A stretch of 64,000 bases of DNA from Candidatus Latescibacterota bacterium (lineage in GTDB: Bacteria; Latescibacterota; UBA2968; UBA8231), in assembly GCA_965206595.1 (NCBI GenBank), contig OZ242214.1, forward strand, positions 64,001 to 128,000, read 5' to 3'. The translations under genes and the position numbers were made by a program. The notes under the pieces are model-generated. The model did no database searches and was not told the DNA's origin. It saw nothing but the letters and a program-made list of their open reading frames with translations. Shown piece after piece: positions 1 through 11,206 of the stretch (the stretch's first letter is position 1; every line of letters starts with the position of its first letter).

Positions 1-2786
1 TCGTGCAAGGCACCGTAATTCCCCACCCCCAGGTACGGCGTCCCCGTGCCCCGGCCGCCCAACAGCCCCAGCCCCCAGGCCGCCTCCGCCTCGAGACGGC
101 CCGCCGCGTTGGCGGCCAGCCCCGCCAGCGTCTCGCGGTCCATAAGCGCCTCCACGCCGCCAGAAGACGACGTCCCCCACGAGGGCATCAGCGACACCGA
201 CGGGCCCAGCTCCGAGGATGGCCGCGGGTCGAAGCGCAGCGAACCCGACAGCATGCAGTCCCGAAAGTCCGAAGCCTGGTGAGCCACCAGGCCGCGCACC
301 GTCACCTGCGCCGTCAGGCCCCGCGCCGCGTCGGCAAACGCCGAACCGGCCCCGACCTCCACCCCGAAACCCGTCTCCGCGTCGCCGCCGTCGTGGCGCA
401 GGCCCAGCTCCACCGTCGGCGTCAGCCACCCGCCTGCAAGCGCTACATCCAGGGAGCCCTCCAGACCCATACGCAGGCGGCTCACGTCGGCAACCGCCGG
501 CGCAAGCAGGCCCGACGGGCTCGACCCCGCATCGGAGGTCGTGCGCACGAACAGCGCATCCGACTCGATTGCCAGCGACGGACCGCCCGCGGGTTCACCG
601 GATACGAGGTCGGCCCTCACACCGGCCGCCGCCATCGCAAGGTCCATGCCGGTGCGGTACGACTCCCCGTCGTTCATCGTCAGCCTCAGGTCCCCCAGAC
701 CGTATCCGGCGGTGCCCCACAGCGACACCTCCTGGGTTGGCTTGTAGCCGACATAGGGATACAGGCCGGTCAGCGAGGAGGCCAGGTTGCCGTCGCCGCG
801 GCCGGGCGAACGCCAGCTGCCGTCCCCGCGGCTGTGCGACAGCGGCAGCCCCACCACCCAGGGCCCGACGGCGTAGTCGGCCCCGAACATCCCCGTCGTC
901 ACCCCGCCGTCGAGGGACAGGGCGTCGGCGCTCCCGCCTATACTGGAATACGCTCCGCGGCCCCAGAGAGTGCCATGGCCGCTACCCGTCTGCCGGCTCA
1001 AGGTGAAGGCGCTTCCCGTCACCAGGTCGCGCAGGGCCGGGGACTGCGGCCGCAACCGGGCTTCGGCCGCCTCGCCGAACCGTTCCGGGGGCGTCGCGAA
1101 ACCGCCCTGCGGGGCGACTTCACTTGCGCCGACGGACGCATACGCCGCTTCCTCCCCTGCTACTCCGAGAGCATTGCCCGCGAATGTCGCCTGCACCCCC
1201 GGCTGGCGCGGCGCCTCCAGGCGCGCCTGTACGCCGTCGAGCACACGCTGGGCGGCAGTGCGGCCGAAGCGCGCCAGCCAGGCTTGCTGCAACGGATCCG
1301 CGTTCTCGATCGTCCCCGTCGCCGTGTCGTCGGCAATACGCGCCCCCGAGGCGTTGCTCAAGGTCAGCGTCAGGGTCTCCTCCCCCTCGTCGTGGGCATC
1401 GTCGAGAACCGCTATTGAAACCGTCTTGCGCGTCTCGCCCGCAGCGAAGGTGAGCGTTCCGTTCGCGGCTGTGTAGTCCTGGCCTGCCTGTGCGGTGCCG
1501 TCCGCGGTCGCGTAATCCACCGTCACCGTCTCCGAGGCCGTCCGGTTCAGCATCACCGTGAATTCGAGCGTTGCGTCCGCCGCCTCCGTCGTCCGCGCGT
1601 CCGCAACCGACAGCGCCGCCGCCCTTCCGGCGACGCAGTGGACCGACCCGTCCTCCAGGACGGTGCAGTTGACCGACCCGTCCACCTTGTGGCCGGGGTC
1701 GTCGGCCACGCCGGGGTAATAGCGATCTGCGGGCAACAAGCCCAAACTGGCGACGAGCGTGGGCACCCACCCGACGAATCCGGTGTCCGGCCCGCCCTCG
1801 TCAACGCTGATGCCGTTTGCGTCGCCATCGTCCAATTGCACCTGATACCGGTAGATCAACTCAGTCGTGAAGGAGCCGGACAGGTAGGCTGCCTGGCCAG
1901 CCACATCGCCGACCTGAATGCCAATGGACGATTCGCCCTGCACGTACACGGGCGTGTTGAACGTCAGGGCGATATCGATGTTTTCACCTACCAGGTAGGT
2001 GTCTCCGCCTGAGGGCGTCGATACGATCTCCGTCCTGTAGGCGCGGTGGTAACTGGGACGCCCCTTGACCTCTATCTTGAGAATCAAGCGAGAGCCCCAT
2101 TTCCAATCGGGATCGCCCGCGGTCCGAAAGCCGCAATGATCGTGGATTTCCCATCCTTCCTCGGCCCCGGGGTCGTCTTCACCGCTGTAGGTCGAGACGA
2201 ACTGGGCCAGGTTGTCATTTGCGCAACCTGCCGTGCAATCAAGCAGGAAGTAGTACTCCGTGTCCGGCTCCAGATAGGTGTTCTCAGGTGCCCACCACTC
2301 ATTGGCCGCATAGTCGTTCAACTGGCCTCTGGTGAGCTTGGCGACGCGGGTGAAGCCGGATTCATCCCAGAGGTAGATGCCTGCGTCCAGCGTCATGTAC
2401 CGGCTCTCATGGGTGTCGTGCACATGCAGCACGATGCTCGTCAATTCATACCCCCCGAGATTGGGGCCGGTTCTGAATGCCTGATTCAGTCCGTCCTGAG
2501 ACGCATTCAGCACTAACGCCCGGTCTGAGGATTGGTCGGTATTCTTCGCCAGCGTTCTGATCGGCGGATCGTACTCTTGAGCCGGGGCAGTCGCCGCGAC
2601 GACAAGGACGGTGGCCGCCCCCAGAAGCACGGTGCCAGCCCGGCTCGAGCGGCCTCGCCGTTGCAATTGCCGAATCCATCGCCTGGTCCTGGGGCCGAAG
2701 CGGCCTGCCTGTCGGGGTTGCGTGGTTCCTCCCCCGGCATCGGTCTCCCCCTGTCTCTGCAGGTCGACACCTGATATCCTGCTCAT
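1..2786 (-). CDS. Large surface protein (Calx-beta domain, autotransporter-like C-terminal beta-barrel); paralog of 3642..8825; runs off the window edge
   Basis: ATG at 2786 in the same context as ATG 8825. The frame at the window edge (GGRGTGTPYLGVG) is the same frame and aligns with the C-terminus of the 1727-aa paralog. It is absent from the ORF track, consistent with no in-window stop. Confidence 0.85.
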   Translation of the reverse strand, partial: MSRISGVDLQRQGETDAGGGTTQPRQAGRFGPRTRRWIRQLQRRGRSSRAGTVLLGAATVLVVAATAPAQEYDPPIRTLAKNTDQSSDRALVLNASQDGLNQAFRTGPNLGGYELTSIVLHVHDTHESRYMTLDAGIYLWDESGFTRVAKLTRGQLNDYAANEWWAPENTYLEPDTEYYFLLDCTAGCANDNLAQFVSTYSGEDDPGAEEGWEIHDHCGFRTAGDPDWKWGSRLILKIEVKGRPSYHRAYRTEIVSTPSGGDTYLVGENIDIALTFNTPVYVQGESSIGIQVGDVAGQAAYLSGSFTTELIYRYQVQLDDGDANGISVDEGGPDTGFVGWVPTLVASLGLLPADRYYPGVADDPGHKVDGSVNCTVLEDGSVHCVAGRAAALSVADARTTEAADATLEFTVMLNRTASETVTVDYATADGTAQAGQDYTAANGTLTFAAGETRKTVSIAVLDDAHDEGEETLTLTLSNASGARIADDTATGTIENADPLQQAWLARFGRTAAQRVLDGVQARLEAPRQPGVQATFAGNALGVAGEEAAYASVGASEVAPQGGFATPPERFGEAAEARLRPQSPALRDLVTGSAFTLSRQTGSGHGTLWGRGAYSSIGGSADALSLDGGVTTGMFGADYAVGPWVVGLPLSHSRGDGSWRSPGRGDGNLASSLTGLYPYVGYKPTQEVSLWGTAGYGLGDLRLTMNDGESYRTGMDLAMAAAGVRADLVSGEPAGGPSLAIESDALFVRTTSDAGSSPSGLLAPAVADVSRLRMGLEGSLDVALAGGWLTPTVELGLRHDGGDAETGFGVEVGAGSAFADAARGLTAQVTVRGLVAHQASDFRDCMLSGSLRFDPRPSSELGPSVSLMPSWGTSSSGGVEALMDRETLAGLAANAAGRLEAEAAWGLGLLGGRGTGTPYLGVGNYGALH

Positions 2787-2846
2787 GTCGCCCTCCCTCT
2801 CGGTAGGTTTCGCCAGAACGGAAATCGCTCTCGCATCCCATGCTGT

Positions 2847-2862
2847 CGCACGTACCGTGCCA
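2847..2862 (-). promoter_or_regulatory. sigma54 (-24/-12) promoter
   Basis: Minus strand TGGCACGGTACGTGCG (GG-N10-GC), about 60 nt upstream of ATG 2786; IHF-like AATCAGGAGGTTA just upstream at ~2881-2893. Confidence 0.75.
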
Positions 2863-3160
2863 GGCGCCGGAGGAATCGCCTAACCTCCTGATTTCAAAGG
2901 ACGTTAGAGGATCAGCACGGGAAGAACGGGATGGTGCCGAATTGATGCAGAATACAACGGTTCGAAAGCCGCGGAGAATCGGAAAGAGGAGATAACCCTC
3001 TGACAACGAGTGGCTTATGCGTGGTCGGCAAGGATGGGCGTGTTCGTGGCGATTTGCCGCGTTGTGGTATTTTACCACACCCGCACCGGGACCGACGATG
3101 GGTCCGCCCTGGCCTCAGGTCCGGTCAGGTCTGGTCCGGTCGCCTCCGGCCCTGCGGTTC

Positions 3161-3240
3161 CCTTCTCCGGCAGCAGGTTGTACTTCTTCAAACTTCCTGC
3201 GCAGGGGCGTGCGATCGATGTCCAGCACCCGGGCGGCCCT
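3161..3240 (-). pseudogene. Duplicated remnant of the 3' end (Fis HTH) of the sigma54 regulator
   Basis: Closely similar to 9205-9283 (cggcagcaggttgtacttc...gtgcgatcgatgtccagcacc), with indels. Confidence 0.8.
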
Positions 3241-3399
3241 TTCCTGCTGTTGCCTGAAAGCCGCGTCATGTTCCTGGCGGGCGGAAATTGGCGCCCTTCC
3301 GCCCCCGGTGTGGCAAGAGGCCGAAGCCAGGCGGACCTGGAGGTCCCGCTACATCAGAGGGAGGACCGGATGGGAATCCTGACGGGAAGGGCCAGCGAC

Positions 3400-3625
3400 T
3401 GCATGAAGGTCGCCGTGGCGGCGGCTGGGCGCGGGACCTGGAAAAGGTCCGGATGCGGGGGTGCGCGGAATCGAGCCGCGCCACCGCCCGGCGATCGGGC
3501 GCCTGCTCGAAGGCATCGACCGCCAGGCGCTCCCCCGCCGACTCGCCGGGGTTCACGCACCCGCGCACCGGGAGGCGCTGCGGTTCGAGAGCCCCCTGCC
3601 CGAGGACATTGCCCCGACCCTGCAG
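3400..3625 (+). pseudogene. Remnant of an RluA/RluD pseudouridine synthase C-terminus
   Basis: Fragments in shifting frames read IDRQAL / GFTHPRTG / EALRFESPLPEDI, typical of the RluA family C-terminus. Confidence 0.5.
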
Positions 3626-3641
3626 GGGGCCTCCAAACCCT

Positions 3642-6600
3642 TCACCGCAGCGCCAGGCGCAGCATGACCCCGTGGTCCGGCGCCTCGTTGTCGCCGGTGC
3701 TCTCGCGGCGCGTCCCCTCGATGCCCAGCTTCAGCCCTTCCCGGTTGGGCAGCTCCAGCCGACAGCCCAGGCGCACCTCGCGCAAGGCCGCGCTATTCCC
3801 CAGCCCCAGGTAGGGGGTCCCCGTGGCCCGACCGCCCAACACCGGCAGCCCGTAGGCTGCCTCGGCCTCTAGACGACCGGCCGCTGCAGCCCTGCTGTCC
3901 GCGGCCAGACCCGCCAGGGTTTCGCGGGCCATCAGCGCCGCCATTCCGCCCGGCGACGGCGCACCCCAGGAGGGCATCAGCGACACCGACGGGCCCAGCT
4001 CCGAGGACGGCCGCGGGTCGAAGCGCAGCGATCCCGACAGCCTCCAGTCCCGGAAGTCCGCGGCCTCGTGCGCCACCAGGCCGCGCACCATCAACTGCGC
4101 CGTCAGGCCTCGCGCCGCATCGGCAAACACCGAACCGCCGCCGATCTCCACCCCGAAACCGGTCTCCGCGTCGCCGCCGTCATGGCGCAGACCCAGCTCG
4201 ACCATCGGCCTCAGTAATTCACCCCCGGCAAGCGCCAGATCCAGGGAGCCCTCCAGGCCCAGCCGCAGGCGGCTGACGTCCGCCACGGCCGACGCCAGCA
4301 GGCCCGACGGGCCCGAGGCCGCCTCCGAGGTCGTGCGCACGAACAGGGCATCCGACTCGATTGCCAGCGAAGGACCGCCCGTCGGCCCTCCCGATACGAG
4401 GTCGCCCCGCACCCCGGCCGCAGCCATCGTCAGGTCCATGTCGGTCCGGTACGACTCCCCGTCCTTCAGCGTCAGCATCAGGTCGCCCTGACCGTAGCCC
4501 GCCATTCCCCACAGGGACAGACGCTCGGTGATGGCGAAGCCGGCGTAGGGATAGAGACCGGTCAGCGAGGAAGCCATGCTGCCGTCGCCGCGGTCCGAGG
4601 AATGCCAGCTGCCGTCCCCGCGGCTGTGCGACAGCGGCAGCCCCACCACCCAGGGACCGATGGCGTAATCGGCCCCGAACATCCCCGTCGTCACTCCTCC
4701 GTCGAGCGACAGGCCGTCGGCGCTGCCGCCGAAGCTGGAATACGCCCCGCCGCCCCAGAGGGTGCCCTGGCCTTCACCCCTCTGCCGGCTCAAGGTGAAC
4801 GCGCTTCCCGTCACCAGGTCGCGCAGCGTTGGCGACTGTGGCCTCACCCGGGACTCGGCCACGCTGCCGCCGAGCCGGGCGGAGGGCGTCACGAAGCGGC
4901 CCTGCGCGGCGACCGCACCGGCGCCGCCGGACGGAAACGCCGCTTCCTCACCTGCTGCCCCGAGAGTTTGGCCAGCAAACCTTGCCTGCATCCCCGACTC
5001 GCGCGGCGCCTCAAGGCGCGCCTGAACCCCGTCGAGCACGCGCTGGGCCGCGGTGCGGCCGAAGCGCGCCAGCCAGGCCCGCTGCAGGGGATCGTCGTTC
5101 TCGATCGTCCCGGTCGCCGTGTCGTCGGCGATGTGCGCCCCCGAGGCGTTGCTCAGGGTCAGCGTCAGCGTCTCCTCCCCCTCGTCGTGGGCGTCGTCGA
5201 GCACCGCGACCGATACCGTCTTCTGCGTCTCGCCCGGCGCGAAGGTCAGCGTGCCCACCGCCGCAGTGTAGTCCCGGCCCGCCGCTGCGGTGCCGTCCGC
5301 GGTGGCGAAATCCACCGTCACCGTCTCCGAGGCCTCCCTGCTCAGGCTGACCACGAACCCGAGGGTGGCGTCCGCCTCCTCCGTCACCCGCGCGGCGGCA
5401 ACCGACAGCGTCGCCAGCGCGTCCGGGCCCCGCACCTTGTGTGCCGGCTGCAGGCCTGCGGCGGCGAATTCAAGAGCTGCCTCCTCCCCGGTCTCGACGC
5501 TTCGGATCGCACCGCCGTTCAGGCGGATCGCCCCCGAGCCGATCTCGATCCCGTCGTCGTCCCCATCGTCCCTCCCGACCGTGTAGCCGAAGATGAGGGT
5601 CTGCGTGCTGTCTCCGCCGGCGATGTCGGCCCTCACTGTGCGCGCCGCGCCGGGATTCCCCAGGTCGAACTCGAGAAACGGACTTCCCGTTACCTGTACC
5701 CGCCGGGTGAAGGTCACCTGGATCTCGATGCGTTCGTCGTGCCCGTAGGTGTCCCCCGACGCCGGCCGGGAAACCACTTCGGGGAACCCATGGATCCGGA
5801 GCGGGCCGACCGCCTCGTCGTCGATCTCGACAACCACCAGGTCGGGCAGTTCGGTTCGACCCTCGTCATCGCTGAACAGGGAGTGGTGGAAGCGGCGCTC
5901 GCCGTGGAGCACATCGTCGTCCTGCAACGCCTCCACCGTGACAGAAACGGGCGCCTGCCAGTGCTGGACGTCCGAGAAGGTCTCGTTCTCGTCCGACGAG
6001 AACACCCAGGACTGGTCCCCGACCGGGATCAGATCGACATCGCCGGGACCGGTTTCCCGTCCAATCAGGACCCAGGCCGCCGGGCGCTCGTCGAGCTTGA
6101 GCTGGTAGGTCGCCTGCTCTCCTTCGCGCACCGTCAGCCGGAAGTCGGTGAGCGGGTTGCCCTCGCCGTCGAGGAAGGCGACGCCCACTTCGTCGTTGTC
6201 GACAATGACGATCCGCGACTGGCATGGACCGTCGCACGCCGTCCCGTCCGGACTGCGCACCTGAACCAGGTCGCTGAGCGCAGGATCCCGCGCCAAGCGT
6301 ACGGTGAAGTCCTCTTCGGGTTCGTCCGACTCGTCGTCGATCAGCTCCACCTCGATGTTCTTGCGCGCAACCCACCGGTCGGCGGCGGCCGAGAACTCCT
6401 CCGGGGTGAATGTCACCGTTGCCGCAACGGGGAGGTAATCCTCATCGGAAGCCGCGGTTCCGCTTTCCATCGAAAGGATCACCTCATGGCTCCGATTCGG
6501 CGCCGGAAGCCCGGGCTGCGTCTCCATGATCACCTCGAAGCTCCCCTCCGCGCCGGTGCCCTCGTCAAGGCGGTACACGGCGCGGCCGAGCCGTGCGATG

Positions 6601-8825
6601 ATCGCGGGATCGGCCACCGCCATGCGCACGCTCGCGGCCGCCGGCGTCCCGATGCGGTAGCCGTCGCCGTCGATCACTGTAGCCGTGAGGGTGCCTCCCC
6701 GGGTCACGCCCCGGTTTTGCCGAGAGGGAGGGATGCGCAGCTCCGCGGCGGTCGCGTTGGCCGGGAATTCCACGCTCTGCGCGAGGTCGGCGGGATTCAG
6801 GAACGGCTGCTCCTGCGTCAGCCTGACGTTGACCGCAATGGCGTGATCCGACGCCTCCGCCAGCGTCAGGTTGAGGACCACATCGTCCAACCCTGCGATA
6901 CAGGCGTCCCTGCCCGCGCTGATCCAAATCGTCTGTCCCATATCCGCCCCGTCGTCGTCGACAATGGTCACCGTGGCGGATGCCCGACTTCCGGCGCGCA
7001 CCCCGGACGGCAAGGTCCAGAAGGAGAGTTCCAGGCTCTCGCCATCGTCGTCCTCACTGTCGTCGGTCGCGGTCACTGTCAAGCTCTTCGAGGTCTCCCC
7101 CCGCGCGAAGGCGAGGCCGGTTGCAGACAGGGTGTAGTCGTCGACGGACGCCCCGTCGCCAAGGGCAACGACAATCGGGATGATCACGGCGCGATCGGGC
7201 TCGGGGTCCAGCTCCACGGTCACCGTAGCCGAGGTCCCGTCCTCGGAGATGGTAAAGGCGCTCGCGTCGAATGAAGCAGCCACCGATCGATAGACCTTGT
7301 GGCCGGGGTCGTCAGTCAGGCCGGCAAAATCCCGGGATGTCACGAATACACCGCGATAGGGGCCCGCCACGGGAAGCGGTCCGCCGAAGCCGGAGTTCTC
7401 ACCGCCGGGGTCGACACTGATGCCGGTTGCATCCGAATCGGTATTCTGTACGCGATACCCGTACACCAGCCGGTTGGTGCCCGAGCCCGATGCGTAACCT
7501 GCCGCACGGTAGTTTGAGCCGTCGGCGGCGGCGCCGACCCGGATGCCGATGATGGAGCCGGACGACAGGATGTGCACTTCCGTGCTGAACGTCAGGGTGA
7601 CGTCGATGTCCTCACCCACCCCGTAGCCATCCCCGTGGGCGGGAATCGAGGTGATTTCCACATCCGTGACGTGAGACGATCCGTCCACCATATGGTGGTG
7701 GTCGTCAGCCAAGCCGGGGTAATAGCGATCGACCGGCAACAGGCCGAGACTGGCAGAGATCGTCGGCACCGGTCCGCCGAAACCCTTCTCCCGCCCTCCC
7801 CCATCGACGCTGATGCCGTTTGCGTCGACATCGACAATATCCACCCGGTAGCGGTACACCAGCCGGGTCGAGATGGAGCCGGACAGGTATTTCGCGGCGC
7901 GGTAGTTGGAGTCGTCGGCAGCGTCGCCGACGCGAATGCCGATGACCGAGCCGTCCGGTGGCACGTACACCGCGGTGTTGAACGTCAGGGCGATATCGAT
8001 GTTCTCGCCATACTGGTAGGTGTTCCCGTTGACCGGTGTCGATATGATCTCCGTCTGGTAAGCGCGGTAGGGACTTTCGCGCCCCTTGATCTGTATCCTC
8101 AGAACCTCGTTTGCATACCATTTCCACTTGATGGAACCGGCGCTCCGAAAGCCAAGACGATCGAGAACAGTCCATCCCTCTGCGGCCCCGGAGTCTTCCC
8201 CATTGCTGCCGGTCGTACCGAATTCGGCGACATTGCCGCCTTCGCAGCCGGCGACACAATCAAGAGCGATATAGTACTCCGTGTGCGGCTCCAGAAAGGT
8301 GTCCGCGGGAGCCTGCCACTCGTTGTGCTCACGCTCGTTCAGGTGACCTCGAGTGAGGGCAGCGACCTTGGTGAGACACTCCTCGCCGCGGTACAGGCCA
8401 GCCTCTATCGTCATGTCCCGACTATCATGAGTATTGCGCACATACAGCGAAATGCTGTGCAGTTCATACCCAGCTTGATTCGGGCCGGTTGTGAATCCCT
8501 GGTACAGCCCGTCCTGATGCGCGCTCAGAGGCACGATTCTGCCAGAAGATTGACCCGTATTCTGCACGAGCGTGGTAATGGGCGGGTCGTACTGTTGCGC
8601 GCGGGCAACTACGGCACCAACGAGCGCCGTGGCGGTGGCCAGAAGCACGGTGCCGGATCTGCGCACCCCGCCTCGCGGGCCGCTTTGCCCGTTGCCTTGC
8701 CGTTGTACTTGCCGCAGCCATCGCCTGACCCTTGGGCCGAAACGGCCTTCCGCCCGCGGTTGTGAAGTCCCTTCCCCGGCCTCTTCCCCTCGGTTCCGCA
8801 GGTCGACACCTGACATCCTTCTCAT
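3642..8825 (-). CDS. 1727-aa surface protein/adhesin: repeated beta-sandwich modules, several Calx-beta domains, autotransporter-like beta-barrel
   Basis: Signal-like hydrophobic stretch (VLLATATALVGAVVARA); Calx-beta motifs (TVDFATADGTA...DYTA..GTLTFAPGET.KTVSVAVLDD..DEGEETLTLTLSN); three TY..GE.I...TF modules; AWLARFGRT linker then an amphipathic beta-strand C-terminus. Confidence 0.85.
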   Translation of the reverse strand: MRRMSGVDLRNRGEEAGEGTSQPRAEGRFGPRVRRWLRQVQRQGNGQSGPRGGVRRSGTVLLATATALVGAVVARAQQYDPPITTLVQNTGQSSGRIVPLSAHQDGLYQGFTTGPNQAGYELHSISLYVRNTHDSRDMTIEAGLYRGEECLTKVAALTRGHLNEREHNEWQAPADTFLEPHTEYYIALDCVAGCEGGNVAEFGTTGSNGEDSGAAEGWTVLDRLGFRSAGSIKWKWYANEVLRIQIKGRESPYRAYQTEIISTPVNGNTYQYGENIDIALTFNTAVYVPPDGSVIGIRVGDAADDSNYRAAKYLSGSISTRLVYRYRVDIVDVDANGISVDGGGREKGFGGPVPTISASLGLLPVDRYYPGLADDHHHMVDGSSHVTDVEITSIPAHGDGYGVGEDIDVTLTFSTEVHILSSGSIIGIRVGAAADGSNYRAAGYASGSGTNRLVYGYRVQNTDSDATGISVDPGGENSGFGGPLPVAGPYRGVFVTSRDFAGLTDDPGHKVYRSVAASFDASAFTISEDGTSATVTVELDPEPDRAVIIPIVVALGDGASVDDYTLSATGLAFARGETSKSLTVTATDDSEDDDGESLELSFWTLPSGVRAGSRASATVTIVDDDGADMGQTIWISAGRDACIAGLDDVVLNLTLAEASDHAIAVNVRLTQEQPFLNPADLAQSVEFPANATAAELRIPPSRQNRGVTRGGTLTATVIDGDGYRIGTPAAASVRMAVADPAIIARLGRAVYRLDEGTGAEGSFEVIMETQPGLPAPNRSHEVILSMESGTAASDEDYLPVAATVTFTPEEFSAAADRWVARKNIEVELIDDESDEPEEDFTVRLARDPALSDLVQVRSPDGTACDGPCQSRIVIVDNDEVGVAFLDGEGNPLTDFRLTVREGEQATYQLKLDERPAAWVLIGRETGPGDVDLIPVGDQSWVFSSDENETFSDVQHWQAPVSVTVEALQDDDVLHGERRFHHSLFSDDEGRTELPDLVVVEIDDEAVGPLRIHGFPEVVSRPASGDTYGHDERIEIQVTFTRRVQVTGSPFLEFDLGNPGAARTVRADIAGGDSTQTLIFGYTVGRDDGDDDGIEIGSGAIRLNGGAIRSVETGEEAALEFAAAGLQPAHKVRGPDALATLSVAAARVTEEADATLGFVVSLSREASETVTVDFATADGTAAAGRDYTAAVGTLTFAPGETQKTVSVAVLDDAHDEGEETLTLTLSNASGAHIADDTATGTIENDDPLQRAWLARFGRTAAQRVLDGVQARLEAPRESGMQARFAGQTLGAAGEEAAFPSGGAGAVAAQGRFVTPSARLGGSVAESRVRPQSPTLRDLVTGSAFTLSRQRGEGQGTLWGGGAYSSFGGSADGLSLDGGVTTGMFGADYAIGPWVVGLPLSHSRGDGSWHSSDRGDGSMASSLTGLYPYAGFAITERLSLWGMAGYGQGDLMLTLKDGESYRTDMDLTMAAAGVRGDLVSGGPTGGPSLAIESDALFVRTTSEAASGPSGLLASAVADVSRLRLGLEGSLDLALAGGELLRPMVELGLRHDGGDAETGFGVEIGGGSVFADAARGLTAQLMVRGLVAHEAADFRDWRLSGSLRFDPRPSSELGPSVSLMPSWGAPSPGGMAALMARETLAGLAADSRAAAAGRLEAEAAYGLPVLGGRATGTPYLGLGNSAALREVRLGCRLELPNREGLKLGIEGTRRESTGDNEAPDHGVMLRLALR

Positions 8826-8885
8826 GTCGCCCTCCCTCTCTGCATGTTCCGCCAGAACGGAAATCGCTCTCGCATCCCATTCTTT

Positions 8886-8901
8886 GGCACATACCGTGCC
8901 A
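8886..8901 (-). promoter_or_regulatory. sigma54 (-24/-12) promoter
   Basis: Minus strand TGGCACGGTATGTGCC, about 60 nt upstream of ATG 8825; conserved with the copy at 2847-2862. Confidence 0.75.
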
Positions 8902-9203
8902 GGCGCAGGAGAAATCGCCTAACCTCCTTATTGCAAAAGAGGTTAGAGGATCAACACGGGAATACGGGAAGAAGCGGAATTGATGCAGAATACCACGGAT
9001 TGAAAGCCGCCCGAAGGCGGCAAGGAGGGGCCTAACCCTCTGAAATCGTGTTACTTATGCGTGGTTTTGGCGGGAATGGCCGATATGCGTGGTGATTTGC
9101 CGCGTTGTGGCATTTTACCACAAACCGCCTGATCGAAACCGGGAGGTTCCGGGCTGGCCTCAGGGCCGTTCTTGTTTGGCCAGGCAGCTGCGCGGCCGGC
9201 GGT

Positions 9204-11123
9204 TCACTTCCCCGGCAGCAGGTTGTACTTCCTCAACTTCCGGTGCAGGGTCGTGCGATCGATGTCCAGCACCTGGGCTGCCCGGGTAATGTTGCTCCGG
9301 GCTACCTCGAGGGCGCGGACGATTGCCCGGCGTTCCGCTTCCTGCATCGACAGGGGGGGTTGGTCAGGACCTCCGGGGCCGCTTGAAGACGGAGGCAGGG
9401 CGGAGAGTTGCTGCGGGAGGTTGTTCACCTGAAGCCGGTCCGCGGTCTCGAGCAACACGGCGCGTTCAATGGCGTTCCTCAGCTCACGCACGTTGCCCGG
9501 CCAGTCGTAGGCGAGCAGTCTCTGCAGCGCCGCAGGGGAGATCCCGCGAATGCTTTCCCCGGCGCGTTCGGCATGGTCTTTGAGGAATTGCGCCGCCAGC
9601 AGGGAAATGTCCTCGCGGTGTTCCCTCAGGGGCGGGATGGTGAGAGGAAAGGCAGCGAGGCGATAGTACAGATCGGCGCGGAACCCGCCCTCCTTTACCG
9701 CGCTTTCCAGGTCCCGGTTGGTAGCCGCAATGACGCGGATGTTCACGGGAATCGCCGATGTCCCCCCCACGCGCTGGATTTCCCGCTCTTCCAGGACACG
9801 CAGCAGCTTGGCCTGCAGGGCGATGGGCATGTCGCCGATCTCGTCGAGCAGGACGGTCCCGCCCTGGGCGCGCTCGAACTGCCCGATGCGCCGCGCCGAC
9901 GCTCCCGTGAAAGCCCCGCGTTCGTGTCCGAACAGCTCGCTTTCGATCAGCGTCTCGGGAATGGCGGCGCAGTTGACGGCGACGAACGGGCCTGTCTTTC
10001 TCGGGCCGTTGTAGTGAATCAGCCTGGCGACGAGCTCCTTGCCGGTGCCGCTTTCCCCTTGAACCAGCACCGTGATGTCGCTTTCGGCGGCCCGCTGCAT
10101 CAGCGCGTAGAGGTCCTGCATCCTCTTGCTTTTCCCCACCATGCCGTCGAAGCCGTACGTCGTTCCCAGCTCGGCGCGCAAGCGCAGGACCTCGGCTTTC
10201 ATCTGCTCGCTCTCGACCTCCCGGGAGACGTCGCGGTATATGACGACATGCCCCGTTGCGTCTTGCCGGCTATCGTTCACGGGCGCTGTCGAGCGAAAAA
10301 ACAGCCGGGGTTTCGAGACGCCGGCTGCGGTGACCTCCTCCTCCAGTTCGCCGCTGCTGCCGATAAACAGCCCCCCTTCCGATCCGGGCAGAACGGGCGG
10401 CCGCAGGCGCGCCGTGACGCGTGCCCTGAGATCGCCCGGCGCCATTCCCTTGAGCTCGCTTTCCGGGACGTCGAGGAGCTTCTCATACCCCTGGTTCGCC
10501 ACCAGGATGCGCCCACCCGCATCGAACATGCCGATGGCATCTCCCGTCGCGTCGAGCACCGCCTGAAGCCTCTGGTTGCTGGCTTCCAGTTGTCGATTGC
10601 TGGTTTCAAGTTCCCGGCGGTGCTGTGCCAGTTCCTGCTCGATGTTCCACTTCCCGGTAAGCGACAGCGTGATCTGCTGGATCTCCTCTCGCGAAAACGG
10701 CTTGCGGATATACAGCAGCTTGTGAACCAGCTCCATGTCGTCGACGATCTCGGGCAGCGTCTTGTCGGAGTACGCGGTCATGATGACGATTTCGATATCC
10801 TGCTCGAATTCCCGGATCCTGCGCACGGTTTCGATGCCGTCGGTACCCGGGGGCATCCTGACGTCGACGTAGGCCATCGCAAAGGGACGGTTCGATTCCC
10901 TGCCCGCCCTGACCATGTCGAAAGCTCCCTCCCCGCTGGTCGCATGGGAAAGCTCGAACTGCGGCAGCACGAGCTTGCCGGCCTCCGGGACAAACGCTGA
11001 CGCCAGATCATCCGTCGCCCTCCTGGTGGAGGCGGAAGCCAGCATCTCTTCGAAGTCGTTGTGGATTTCCTTCTGGTCGTCGACGACCAGCACGCGGTAG
11101 TTCCAGGAAGGGTTTGTTTTCAT
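9204..11123 (-). CDS. sigma54-dependent response regulator (REC-PAS-AAA-Fis HTH, NtrC family)
   Basis: VLVVDD / DVRMPPG / KPF receiver; [37 protein letters not shown]; C-terminal HTH. Start taken at MKTNPSW (11123), not the 900-aa ORF start. Confidence 0.92.
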   Translation of the reverse strand: MKTNPSWNYRVLVVDDQKEIHNDFEEMLASASTRRATDDLASAFVPEAGKLVLPQFELSHATSGEGAFDMVRAGRESNRPFAMAYVDVRMPPGTDGIETVRRIREFEQDIEIVIMTAYSDKTLPEIVDDMELVHKLLYIRKPFSREEIQQITLSLTGKWNIEQELAQHRRELETSNRQLEASNQRLQAVLDATGDAIGMFDAGGRILVANQGYEKLLDVPESELKGMAPGDLRARVTARLRPPVLPGSEGGLFIGSSGELEEEVTAAGVSKPRLFFRSTAPVNDSRQDATGHVVIYRDVSREVESEQMKAEVLRLRAELGTTYGFDGMVGKSKRMQDLYALMQRAAESDITVLVQGESGTGKELVARLIHYNGPRKTGPFVAVNCAAIPETLIESELFGHERGAFTGASARRIGQFERAQGGTVLLDEIGDMPIALQAKLLRVLEEREIQRVGGTSAIPVNIRVIAATNRDLESAVKEGGFRADLYYRLAAFPLTIPPLREHREDISLLAAQFLKDHAERAGESIRGISPAALQRLLAYDWPGNVRELRNAIERAVLLETADRLQVNNLPQQLSALPPSSSGPGGPDQPPLSMQEAERRAIVRALEVARSNITRAAQVLDIDRTTLHRKLRKYNLLPGK

Positions 11124-11206
11124 GTAGCTGCCTTTGGTCGCCCGATCACGAGGGACGACTCTGAAATGGTGATTTCGAGGCTCGCAGAAACAGCGCGCAG
11201 GAGACG

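Noticed and set aside
4602-7274. Long antisense or off-frame ORFs (also 3..1418, 9408..11000, 12829..14781, 43307..45486, 58805..59755)
   Set aside because: They shadow well-supported genes, have no motifs, and are expected in GC-rich DNA.
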